Source of the DNA: a virus
Taxonomy: Duplodnaviria > Caudoviricetes
Virus record (IMG/VR): IMGVR_UViG_3300037067_003400
Location: 1 to 64,000 of that record
Reading direction: 5' to 3' (one strand)
DNA: 64,000 nt
The notes under the pieces are model-generated. The model saw only the letters and a list, made by a program, of their open reading frames with translations, was not told the DNA's origin and made no database searches. Of the stretch, positions 29,232 to 39,587 are shown one piece after another. Every line of letters begins with the position of its first letter. Position 1 is the first letter of the stretch. The translations under genes and the position numbers were made by a program.

Positions 29232-29671
29232 CTTAGTAGTTGACTTCTTATCTTAACTATCACCGATTCTATAGTAGTTATTTCTGTAAGTAAAGTACTT
29301 ATCTGGATATCTGCACCTGTTAGTGTATTAGCTCCTATAGCTGCCTGGTCTTGTCTACTCTCTATTTGTTTTGTAAGTAATTCTATTAGTGCAGACATAT
29401 ATTCATAAAGCATATATATTATATTATAGGTATACTCTATAGTATTCTTATTAGGTTGAACTATTGGAGTTTCTGATATTAAATCAAAATAGTCTACTGC
29501 TCTATGTATTACTTCTTGCTCTGCTGAATCATATACTGTAGATGTATTACTACCAAAGAAAGGCGCACTATTAAAGAATGGTTGCTCTCCATCTGTTACT
29601 AAGTCCTCTGGGGATATTCCTCCGAGCTCATCTTCATACTCTTCATCTTCGTCATGAAAGTCTTTATCCAA
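29228..29671 (-). CDS. Hypothetical acidic protein
   Basis: ORF with upstream GGAGG, coupled to the epimerase gene. Confidence 0.55.
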   Translation of the reverse strand: MDKDFHDEDEEYEDELGGISPEDLVTDGEQPFFNSAPFFGSNTSTVYDSAEQEVIHRAVDYFDLISETPIVQPNKNTIEYTYNIIYMLYEYMSALIELLTKQIESRQDQAAIGANTLTGADIQISTLLTEITTIESVIVKIRSQLLR

Positions 29672-29753
29672 TTAGTAGCCTCCACGTAGGGAAGGGTAAT
29701 ACCCTTCCCGTTACACATGTAAGAGACTTATAAAGTCTCTGTTGTATTTTTTA

Positions 29754-30443
29754 TTATATACCAGTAGGGATTCCCATTATTTCATCTAATTCTGTTGGGT
29801 TAAGTGTCAAAGCCTCATCTCGTGTATTCTCTAATACACTATCTCGTGAGTTTGCTAACTCACTATCTACTGTGGTTTCAGGCTCGAGCTGTTTTTCTGC
29901 AAAGGACATAACACATTCCCAGGAACACATACTTCTCTTTTCATTTCCATATCTTATAAAGATAGCACCTTCTTGTATAGATCTTTCACACTCAGCACAA
30001 GGAACATGCCCATCTATAGCAACCCTATCTTGTGAAGCCATTATCTCATTACGTAGCTGAGATACTGTCCAGTCAGCATCTACTGCCATCTGTATCCACT
30101 CTAAAGGATTATCAGTCCCAGACGCATATCTATAGTGACTCCAACTAAGATGAGTAGCTCTGTTATCCTTAGTAGGAAACTTAGACGACACCCATCTATA
30201 CTGTCTCATTGTGCCAGGCTTTTCTCCAAGCTGTAAAGCAAATGCTGCTAAGCCTTCTGCCCCAAGGTCATGTTCTACCTTTATAGATAAATCTCCTAAT
30301 GCCCACTGGCTACTATTATGAACGTCCTTTATAACAGTACCACGTGATACAAGTTGCTCTAAAGTTTCTGGAGCAAGGTTTTCCTGATCTTCAGGTAACG
30401 GTGCAATTTCCTCTAATGATGCTACTACTTCTTCAATTGTCAT
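29754..30443 (-). CDS. Putative DNA-binding regulator (LmbU/DUF1016-N-like helical domain plus C-terminal Zn finger)
   Basis: WALGD, FA..LG....T...Y..V...FP, LSWSHY, WTV..LR; CAEC...CSWEC. Confidence 0.55.
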   Translation of the reverse strand: MTIEEVVASLEEIAPLPEDQENLAPETLEQLVSRGTVIKDVHNSSQWALGDLSIKVEHDLGAEGLAAFALQLGEKPGTMRQYRWVSSKFPTKDNRATHLSWSHYRYASGTDNPLEWIQMAVDADWTVSQLRNEIMASQDRVAIDGHVPCAECERSIQEGAIFIRYGNEKRSMCSWECVMSFAEKQLEPETTVDSELANSRDSVLENTRDEALTLNPTELDEIMGIPTGI

Positions 30444-30704
30444 TATTTACTCCTCTTAAATTGTAGAAGGTATTAAAAAATATCTTCGTTGTCTACTACA
30501 TAAACTGTATCTTCTGGGCAAGCCGAGGATATAAAAATATCATCTCACTGCAGGTGTAACTACAACTGGCATGTCCAATAATCTAAAAAGTCTATTATCT
30601 CCGTCATGTGCAATTTCTACTCTTGCTCTTCCTTGATGTCTTTCTACTATACCTCGTCTTGGGTCAAAGCCCTCTTCTTGTACACCTTCAGGGCCTATTG
30701 TTAA

Positions 30705-31253
30705 CTACCAATGTGCCATTGGAGAATCTTCTCTTAACTCATTATACGTAGTTTGTAAATCCTCTATAGTTAATGCTTCTGGATGTAAAGTTATCTCTGT
30801 AGGTAATAGATCATGTGTAATTAATTCATGAGTAAGATCATACATATCATCTATTGATATTTCATTACACTGTCTACGCTTTGGAATCAGTGCGTCCATA
30901 CACTCAGAGATAAATGTTACGGCTAATTCATGTAATGTGATATTAGAGTATTGTTTTACCTTTACTACTATATTTATTATAACGTTTTCAATAGCTCTAT
31001 AGTCTTTCTCTTTGTAAAGAGTATCAATAAGCTGAGATACATCTACAGCAGATAAGTCATTATCATCTTGTGTTATGGAAAGTATGTTACAAGTATGCAT
31101 TATAGTTTCTGCTAATACTCCTAATATTTGTCCTCCATTAAGAAACATAGAGAAGCTCTTACAGTTCTTACGTAAGTAAGCTTTTTTCTTTTCGCATGCA
31201 TCATTAAAGACTCTTTCAAAATCTTTTTTTAATATGTAACCTTTCTTAGACAC
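30705..31253 (-). CDS. Hypothetical protein; paralogue of 31246..31737 with a C-terminal capsid-like segment
   Basis: Likely GTG start at 31253 after GGAGG; LAETIMHTCNI resembles LLRTIMKVCNV; PTEITLHPEALTI resembles capsid PTDIVLHPMAWTI. Confidence 0.55.
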   Translation of the reverse strand: MSKKGYILKKDFERVFNDACEKKKAYLRKNCKSFSMFLNGGQILGVLAETIMHTCNILSITQDDNDLSAVDVSQLIDTLYKEKDYRAIENVIINIVVKVKQYSNITLHELAVTFISECMDALIPKRRQCNEISIDDMYDLTHELITHDLLPTEITLHPEALTIEDLQTTYNELREDSPMAHW

Positions 31254-31737
31254 GCCAACTACCTCCAGTAAAAGTAGTGCTTGCATAGACAGGACTCCAC
31301 TCTCTTCGTACTTCTGTCCATGCTCTACCATTAACATTATTAATATCTGAAGAAGTAATATGAGGGAAGAGTAAGTCATTCACAGTCATATCTACCCAGT
31401 CTACAGCAGACTTGGTTACTGGTATAGCTTTTGTCATTATACCAGAAAATATATCATGTATGATATGTTGCCCTCCAGAAATTAGAAGTGACTTCATTAT
31501 ATCTTCTACTTCTGACATAGGTATATCAGAATCTGCATCTGTTTCATTATGTCTTGGTATATGCGATATATGTGTAACATTACATACTTTCATTATAGTT
31601 CTAAGCAAACATATCAACAAATCCACGTTAGAAGCTGTGTATCTTATTCTCGTTCCTGCTCTATTACTTTTATAATCAACCATTGTAGCTATATCTGATT
31701 CATACACAGTCTTTAAAACATTATTAGTTATTACCAT
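31246..31737 (-). CDS. Hypothetical protein, first gene of the left arm
   Basis: GGAGG RBS and a TATAAT hexamer upstream. Confidence 0.6.
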   Translation of the reverse strand: MVITNNVLKTVYESDIATMVDYKSNRAGTRIRYTASNVDLLICLLRTIMKVCNVTHISHIPRHNETDADSDIPMSEVEDIMKSLLISGGQHIIHDIFSGIMTKAIPVTKSAVDWVDMTVNDLLFPHITSSDINNVNGRAWTEVRREWSPVYASTTFTGGSWRV

Positions 31738-32365
31738 ATATCCTCCACTCTATCCTACATATATATTATACCCGCATTCCACTAATTTAAACACTGTTTT
31801 TTGTTACATATGTAACATTTAATTATTTATCTATTTATTATTAAATGTAACATTTAATTAAACTTTGCCTTTTTTACATATAGTCTGTAAGCCAAGGAGG
31901 AAATAATATTCCCAGAAAACAAAAATACTAAGCCCCACCCCCTTTTACATAGTATATAGTAAACAGAGGAAGACTCCTCTTACGTAAGGTCTACCCCCCT
32001 TAATAGAAAGACTATTAAGGTCTGTCCCCTTGGTATAGTCGTAGATACCAAAGGTACCTACTATAGTTACCAAGGTCTGCCTCCTATAAGAGATGCTTTA
32101 TATATAAGGTATCCCTCTATAAGATAACTATTTTTCTTAATACACTTCCGAAGATATTTTTAATATCTTCTATTCCTAACTCTATAGAAAGATCTCAAAA
32201 TTTAATCATTCTTCCAGCACTAGGTATATATTCAAGAAGGTGGGGGTATACTCTTTGTTTAGCCCAACCCGTTGATGATACATCAACGTCTATCCTCTTG
32301 TGTGTATAGCTTTAGTAGACACTCAAAGTAGATTACAGTTACTAAGGCAAAGAAAGGAAAGAACA
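31738..32365. promoter_or_regulatory. Divergent intergenic control region between the two arms
   Basis: Strand switch; contains the palindromic operator (31803), AAGGT repeats, several hairpins and a minus-strand TATAAT near 31765-31770. Confidence 0.7.
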
Positions 32366-32905
32366 ATGTCTTTCAACTTATTCGAAACAATCGGCAATGC
32401 AGTAGCCAACCTGCAAACAACAAAAGTACAGGAAGTCTTAGACTTCGTGTACGATAAGAGTGTTGAGGCTAAAGAAGCCTTAACGCCAAGCTATGATCTT
32501 ATCTACGACAAAGTCGTAGAAGTAAAAGAGTCGATAGTTGACTCTTACTACACTGGCTACAACTCAGTAGTCAAGACAACAGAAGAAGAAGTCAACCCTA
32601 TCATGTGTGGAGTTGACGAGTCAACAGTTAAAGCGTTCTTTAATGCTTACTTAAAGAACAGAGATATAGATGCTACCAAAGCATCATTCATATCTCTTGG
32701 CTTGTTGTCTACTGCACAAGCTGAGTTCATTGCTGCTGCAGTAGCAGCAGATGTGGCCAAGTATGGCAACATACTTGATCCATTAACAGATGAGAAGCCT
32801 GTTAAAACAGAGGCTCCTAAAGAAGGATGTGTTTCTTTAGAAGAAGAATTAGAGTCGGCTTTAGCAGAAGCTAAAGAATACGATTCAAAGAGATTGAAAT
32901 TCTAG
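32366..32905 (+). CDS. Hypothetical early protein (start revised to the ATG at 32366)
   Basis: AAGGA RBS before MSFNLFE; internal repeat YDKSVEAKE / YDKVVEVKE. Confidence 0.65.
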   Translation: MSFNLFETIGNAVANLQTTKVQEVLDFVYDKSVEAKEALTPSYDLIYDKVVEVKESIVDSYYTGYNSVVKTTEEEVNPIMCGVDESTVKAFFNAYLKNRDIDATKASFISLGLLSTAQAEFIAAAVAADVAKYGNILDPLTDEKPVKTEAPKEGCVSLEEELESALAEAKEYDSKRLKF

Positions 32906-33059
32906 TCTCTAGACAGAGCTCTCTGGGTGCATGCTCAGAGGGCTCTACTGTAGGGACTACAGTGAAGAACATAGTTCTTCTACACTTAAGTTAGTTACTA
33001 CTATGCTAGATGACACTCACTCTAACGAGGGGATTACAGAACTAGCAAAGGAGAGATCA

Positions 33060-33341
33060 ATGCTTAGAAGTATCGAACAGGAATTAGACCGCTTAGTCGA
33101 GTTCAAGGAAATCACAAAAGAAGTCAGACATGACTTCTACCTAGTAGCACTTGACATAGCTGCTAGCTGGGCATTAAGCAACTACCCAGCAACAGCTTCA
33201 CTATCCCTCCAAGCCAGTCACGCTGGTGTTGGAGCTACCGCTTGGTCAGATACCAAATGGTTTGGTGTTTGCCCAGTTACTCGCTCTAGAGGACCTAAAC
33301 TCAATGAGCAGCTAACAAAAATTAGAGATAACCAACTCTAA
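33060..33341 (+). CDS. Hypothetical early protein (start revised)
   Basis: AAGGAG RBS before MLRSIEQ; the tracked start at 32931 lies inside a long hairpin. Confidence 0.6.
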   Translation: MLRSIEQELDRLVEFKEITKEVRHDFYLVALDIAASWALSNYPATASLSLQASHAGVGATAWSDTKWFGVCPVTRSRGPKLNEQLTKIRDNQL

Positions 33342-33347
33342 TCTTAA

Positions 33348-33420
33348 AGCCGAAACTAGGGGAGTCACAATACCCCTAGTCTATGCATACTGAGCATATG
33401 CATACTGATGAGGTTACTCA
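33348..33420 (+). ncRNA. Type II hammerhead ribozyme
   Basis: AGCC-GAAA-CTAGGGG/CCCCTAG-TC-TATGCATA/TATGCATA-CTGATGA-GGTT: complete core, GUC cleavage triplet, three stems. Confidence 0.9.
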
Positions 33421-33446
33421 CAGAAAAACACTCAAAGGAGACTGAA

Positions 33447-33779
33447 ATGTTAAGAGCACCTAAGGATTTTTTGTGGGGTTTTCCACAAGAAAAAGTTGAA
33501 GTTACACAAAGTGTTGAACCAGCACAAAGTGTAGGAGATTTTATTGACGAGGCATTTGATTCAATTGATAGGGAAAGTTATAAGAGAGTGACATTTAAGT
33601 CCTCTCAGCTTTCTCTTAGACTTTTAAGAGAATCCCTTTATAAGGGAGATGAGAAAGACATAAAGTATAAAATCGAGGGTTGCCTCGAAGCTTTAGTGGA
33701 AAGATATGAGTATTGGTTACACAAAGACCCAGAGTTTGAGGCTCTTAGGGTTGTTTGTAAACAAATGGCTGAATGCTAA
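33447..33779 (+). CDS. Hypothetical early protein (start revised)
   Basis: AAGGAG RBS before MLRAPKD; the tracked ATG at 33408 is part of the hammerhead CTGATGA. Confidence 0.65.
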   Translation: MLRAPKDFLWGFPQEKVEVTQSVEPAQSVGDFIDEAFDSIDRESYKRVTFKSSQLSLRLLRESLYKGDEKDIKYKIEGCLEALVERYEYWLHKDPEFEALRVVCKQMAEC

Positions 33780-33906
33780 TTAGTTTCTAAAACATTGCTC
33801 CTTTATTATGACCAACTGCATAGAAGATAGTTTTATCTATCTTCGATAATGAAGGGGCTTTGTTGTAGGAATTAAATCATTAACCTACAATTCAAAGGAG
33901 GAAGTT

Positions 33907-36003
33907 ATGAACGTAGTATGTAAGTTGTCTGGAGCTTCTATAGGAGATGCTCCTAATTGGAGAGGTGTATGTGAACTTGTAAAGAAGTATACCTCTGGGG
34001 AACTTCCAAGTCCCCAAATTCTTAGTCTTGGTGCTGGAATTAACTGCACCACATTACTTGCTCGGAACACAAAAGATTCAGTAACTTTTCCTGTGTTCTA
34101 TTTTGAAGTGTATAACAAAGGAGTGAATTAATGGTGCACGTCTCAGAAATTTTAAAGCAACTCATATTAGAAGAGATTGAGGAAAGAACTTCTGGGGGTA
34201 ATTCTTTGACCCCAGATGATTTTGTTTCTATTGTTGAGAGAAAGGTTAATCTCTTAGGAGACAAAGCCTTCTCTCAAGACGTGGTATCTACTGCTCGTGA
34301 AAACAAAAGACAAGCAGAGAAAGCTATCGGAAAGAGGGCGGAAGAATCTTCCCAGTTTACCAGGGAAGCCGCATTGAATATTCTTGCAAGTATAGTTTCT
34401 TTAGGAGGGATGTAAAATGAATAAGTGGATTAAAACATTAGTAGTGTTAGGCGGATTTGTAGTAGTGGACAGAGTTATAGCAAAGGCTATAAATGAAGCT
34501 ACAAAAGCAAGTAATAGAAGAGTCATTGAAAAAATACTTGCTGACTTCCCAGATAGAAACATAATCACATTTGGAGGCAAGAAATGAATAAGGTACTTGG
34601 AATTATTGCTATAGCTATTGCAGCTGTAGCTGGTGAAATTCTGATTGACAAACTAATTGAGGAGCCTTGTAGAAAGGCTCATGAGAGAACAGTCAAACAG
34701 ATTCTGGAAGCATACCCAGAAAGAAAATTCATTGTGTTGGGAGGCAAAGATGAAAAAGGCAATTAAAGTATTACTGGCTGCTGTTGCAGTCATAGGTTTC
34801 CTCTTTCTGCTGGAGTACACAGCAGAATTTGTAGCTACTAAGATACCGGCAGAGGTAGTCATACCTCTGTTTTTTGTAGGGCTCTTCGTAGGGCTCTACA
34901 TCTTCTTTAGCAGAGAAGATAATTAATTCACTGGGGAGCTCTCTTTGGGCTCCCTTAGTTTATTCACCTCTCGATTTGTAAAAGGAGTACATTAAATGGA
35001 ACAGCTTATTGGATTCGTAGGAAAAAACGTAGACCATGAGGTCGGCGACGTTATGGAGCTTGGGACCGTCACAAAAGTAGAATATGATAAAACTACTAAC
35101 GTAACAACTGTTACAATAAAAGAAACTAATCCCTGTGAGGGATGTTATGAAGATGAATGCACAAATATAGCTTGTGCAAACTACATAGCTTAGTTTCTAC
35201 ACCAAGCTCCTTGCCCACACACCGAAGGAGGAATTCTTCTCCGCAGGGGGCTTGGCTGTGGGAATTACCGAAGAATCAATGATTCTTCTACATACCCACT
35301 ATACCCAAAGGAGGGTAACATGAAGAATATAATTGTTTTAGTTAGAGGTGATCCTATTGTTCACCTAACGGAATTGGTATATCGGGAGTGGCTTGTAGAA
35401 TCAGAGCCTTCCGAGGGAACTGGGAATGTAGTTTCCGGCGACGAACTTATAGCTCTATTAAGAGCACTGAGGTCTCAGTATGGGACAGAATTTAAAGTGG
35501 AGAGATATTAAATGAAACAGGAAGCTCAAGCAACAATTATTGAAATGGCAAAAGGTTGTAAGTTTGGTGGAGAAACTTACAATATAAATGATGCTGTATA
35601 CCCAGTGAAAGAAACTATGATAGGTTTAACCTATATGACTATAGGTAAAATTACTGTCATACAGCAAAATATTGCTAAGGATCCAGCAAATAAAAAAGCA
35701 ACCCTGAATAGGTTTGTTGTAAGCTTAGATGCTGGTTCTACCGACGAATACTTCCTCACGAAGACAATAGGGGAAGTCTTTTATACTCGTAAAGGTAATA
35801 TCTTCAAATTCAGTGAATACAAAAACACTGAAGCAAGAAAGACAATGAAGAAAGTTGGACCCAAATCCAGAAGTGCGGATACTTCAATAGCATCCACCGG
35901 GAACTCTGCTAGAGTTCCCTACACTGGGTCCAAGGAGTCGAAGACTCCGGTAGCTGCTAAAGCGTCTGCCAACAAAGATGCTGAGGCTACTAAAGTTGCC
36001 TAA
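33907..36003 (+). CDS. Cluster of small early ORFs (33907, 34131, 34417, 34584, 34750, 34996, 35320, 35512)
   Basis: Most have AGGAG/GGAGG RBSs or are coupled; 34417..34587 (56 aa, not tracked) and 34584..34766 are tandem paralogues. Confidence 0.6.
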
Positions 36004-36356
36004 TCTTAGTAGACAATGGGGAGTAGTTCTTACTCCCCAGGTTACTATTTTCTGTAACCTTCTAATAGAGGGGGTTGAATTTGTAAGAGATATATTTAAT
36101 ATCTCTGGTGTTAGAAGCTATCTTGTAGCTTCTTTAGTTTCCTGGGAGTTTCATCGTAGATATAAAATATCTACTTTATCGAAGTTCTCAGGGACAGCGT
36201 ATGAAGGGGTAGAAGATATTATATATCTTCGTGTAGAAGATACATGTGTATCTTCGGGTGGATGCTTATATTTATGATTTGCTTTAAATTAGTAGGAATA
36301 CTATATAGTGTTACATGTGTAACTTGTTTTGTATATTTTAAAGGAGAGTACTTGAA

Positions 36357-37916
36357 ATGTCAAAGAAAGATTTAAACTATGTCAAATGTGACAACAATGA
36401 GTTGAAAATGGTTACCTTACATGGTGACTATGCTACCTTCGAATTTCGTTTTGGTAGCTGGATCAGTGAAATAAAAGTATCCTGGTCTGTAGGCGGGGAT
36501 ATACAAGTAGATATAGATTTACCTATGAAGTATCTTAAAGAGGGTAAATCATATAGTACAGTAGAAAGTGACTGGGAAGTAAGAACAAGTCCTTTTACTT
36601 TCATCGTTTGTAGACTTACTCCAAGAGAGTACGTTTTCAGACAGATGGTTAGTTCTTTTAGGGAATATTTCCCAGGCGATAGGGGAAGGTTTTGGACAGC
36701 TCCTAAAGAAACACTTAATATGCTTAAAAAGCTGATATTCAAGGCAGCTTTGTCTTTACCACATGACGATGTTTATGACATTCTCAAGGGCCGTGTATTT
36801 AGGCATGGTTGTACTGAGAAACAATGGTACTGGGGGCAGTGTGACCCCAGATTTAAAAGGGTTCTCGCAACTGCAGAGAACATAAATGAAGAGCTCCTTC
36901 CTGATGGGGAGGCTCTGAGATTAGGGCTATGTGAGAAATATAGCCGATATGTTTCTGGTAAAGCATTGTTGGCCAGAGACTTTGAATCAAAAGATAGATG
37001 GGTAGCTTTATTGGTTGCCCACATTTATGGGAGAGGATTTTTTGCAAGAGGCTTAAGTGCTGGGCTTCTTCCTATGTTTAGAAGGATGGATAAGCAGTCT
37101 ATTATAAAGGCTGCTAAAATAGTGAAGGAATATAATAGAAGCAGGATGATAGATCTTGCTGTACGTGTTGACTGTAGGCGACCTAAAGAGGTTGTAAAAA
37201 TGTTAGAGGATATGTTTGATATGCCTGTAAATAAGGTATATTATTCGTTACTTACTTTTGTCAGGGATAGTATTAACTGGCATGAAGCTGAATTAACTGA
37301 AAGGGAGCTTAGAAGAAGACAAGAAAATCAGATAGATAGTATTAGGAAGGATATAGCTTATCCGTTTGCTGCTATGCCAACTCATAAAGAGTTGACTATT
37401 ACTAATATCAATAATACTACTGATCTTTATGAAGAAGGTAGTAAGATGTCTCATTGTTGCTATACGATGAGACATACTTTTGTTGCTGGGAACTATGTAT
37501 TCTTCCATGCAGTACATAGTGATAAATCGGAAGCCACTGCCCACATAGAAGGTTGGGAAGATGGTAAGTGGAGATTTGTTTATGCTAAAGGGCCTCGAAA
37601 TAGTAATAATGCAGCCACTGAGGCTCTTGAGAAATGCTTGTCCAAATTTGTAGTTGGGCTTACACGTGTAACACCTCATAGTGTTACAGTAGATGTAGAA
37701 GGAACTGTTATGTCTTTAGCAGAGTTTGAAGCAATGGTTTCTGGGAAATCTTCTTCCGACACTAAAGATGTAGACTTTGATCCTCTTGCTGATGAGGATG
37801 ATGAGTTTGAGGATCCTATAGTAGGTAATGCCACTATTCCTGCCGATGATGGTAGGACACGACTTATAGATCGTGAGTTGATTCCATTGATAGAAGAGAG
37901 AGCTTTAGAAATATAG
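36357..37916 (+). CDS. PcfJ-domain protein
   Basis: WH...DLYEEGSKMSHCC...G.RN motif of PcfJ-like domains. Confidence 0.7.
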   Translation: MSKKDLNYVKCDNNELKMVTLHGDYATFEFRFGSWISEIKVSWSVGGDIQVDIDLPMKYLKEGKSYSTVESDWEVRTSPFTFIVCRLTPREYVFRQMVSSFREYFPGDRGRFWTAPKETLNMLKKLIFKAALSLPHDDVYDILKGRVFRHGCTEKQWYWGQCDPRFKRVLATAENINEELLPDGEALRLGLCEKYSRYVSGKALLARDFESKDRWVALLVAHIYGRGFFARGLSAGLLPMFRRMDKQSIIKAAKIVKEYNRSRMIDLAVRVDCRRPKEVVKMLEDMFDMPVNKVYYSLLTFVRDSINWHEAELTERELRRRQENQIDSIRKDIAYPFAAMPTHKELTITNINNTTDLYEEGSKMSHCCYTMRHTFVAGNYVFFHAVHSDKSEATAHIEGWEDGKWRFVYAKGPRNSNNAATEALEKCLSKFVVGLTRVTPHSVTVDVEGTVMSLAEFEAMVSGKSSSDTKDVDFDPLADEDDEFEDPIVGNATIPADDGRTRLIDRELIPLIEERALEI

Positions 37917-38589
37917 GAGGAAGCTATGACTAAACAAGAAATAGGTATCCAAGTAAGAAGATTGTGGCAGTTTTATTCTTTGCCACAGGACACAACTGAC
38001 CCAGAACTAAATGAGTTACTGGACTTGATGACTTCTAAGGTTTCTGGTGAAGCCTATGATTCTAATAGGTATTTCTTTCTATTAGATATTTATACTAATA
38101 GTTATCAGTTTTAGTTACACATGTAACAGAAAGTGTTACACATGTAACAAGAATATAGTGTGTTTGGTAGTCTCTATTTGTGGGTGTATTTGTGGGTCAC
38201 TTTTGATCTCAATTGTTTGCTTATTTGTTTGGAAAAGGTGGCCCGCACTTGAGTGTAATAGACTCAAGTAACCTATCAAAAAAAGTGCCTTACTTGCTAT
38301 ATTTTAAATCTCGTTGTTACACATGTAACGGATACTATGTATTCGTGGTGTATTAAAAAGGAGAGTATAATGAATCTGGATATGTTTATCCTATCCCATC
38401 TTAAGAAGGCACAGCAAGCTTTATGTCTTCGAGAGTATTGGGACGTGGTATCAGAAATCTCTGTACTGGGCAAAATAGACCCAGCTTATGGAGTATTACT
38501 ATCTAATACAGAAGAACAGTTAGTTCTTATGTTAAGATGGCAGATTGCTTGTGTAGTAAATAGAATACATATTGAGAAGGGACACTAAA

Positions 38590-39575
38590 ATGGAAGACGT
38601 AAGCTGTAGGGGCTTGCTGGTATAGAGAGAAGAGCAGCTCTTAGTGGTGTGTGGGAAGACGTTTAGATTGTGAAGAGTGTGAACGTTTGTTCACATGTGA
38701 TGCCTTTAACTCCAGGGGTAAACACTAGCACTTTGGTGTCTACCCCTAAGACTATCTTAAGAGTGTGACTATGAAAAGTATGAGGTATGACTATTGATTG
38801 TATCTGTCGTTAAGTTACTGGTAGGTAGTAGACAGGTGATGCTCTCTTTCTTGGAGAGCAGGGTACTGCCGTCCCTACATAGTAGGGGTTAACAGTTTTT
38901 CTGTTATACGTAACTAACCTTGTACGAGTTAGAACATATATTGTGTAACTCTTACTGTTTATTTACTGTTAAAAGTTAATTACTTTTATATTAAATGTGT
39001 TTACTTTATGTTTACAGATACAAAAACTCCAGTAGTTTTGTTCTGATAAATGTTAACTATTTCTTATGTATTTGTGATTACTAACACATATGCCTTCAAA
39101 TAGGTATACATAGGTGCCTTCGGCACCCGTGTTATTGTAGGTATGATGAGTGGTTTATGATACTTGCCCCTACTTTGAGCCTGAGGTGAGCTTATTTCAA
39201 ACGTGAAATGAGTGTCCACGTGTTTTGGTAGGGTTTTTGTAAGAAAAGACAGGTCTTTTAATGGGTAAACACTTGTTTACTTATCTCATTTTCTAAGAGA
39301 AGCTGTTTCTTAGACAATTATAGCTTTAATTTAGAGGCTATTTCTAATTAGACTGTTAAAATTAGAAGCATTTACTACTACTTTGAGCTCAATATAGGTA
39401 ATTCCTTATATAAAGAGCTCATTTATCACTGTAAGGCTTCCTTTAATTATGTTTTATTAATTAAAGGCTTAATCTACTGTTCTATCAGGAATAGTAGGTT
39501 GTCTTATCTTTGTAACTATGTTCAAATCTGGGAAATAATTGCCTCCCGGACTTAACAGGTCTACTTTTAAATTAA
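38590..39575. other. About 1 kb non-coding region packed with short inverted repeats
   Basis: No ORF of 60 aa or more; at least 12 stems visible by eye. Confidence 0.7.
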
Positions 39576-39587
39576 AGGAGTTTTAAA

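Noticed and set aside
2991-30707. Genome-wide TAG reassignment
   Set aside because: Long genes are intact in the standard code and TAG ends genes at coupled junctions (TAGTG at 2991-2995); only the single TAG at 30705 looks interruptive.
701-31675. Short plus-strand ORFs in the left arm and minus-strand ORFs in the right arm
   Set aside because: They are antisense shadows of longer, motif-bearing genes.
35978-36277. Tracked ORF 35978..36277 (and similarly 46863..47114)
   Set aside because: They run through terminator-like and GTAG hairpins and lack an RBS, so they are probably spurious.
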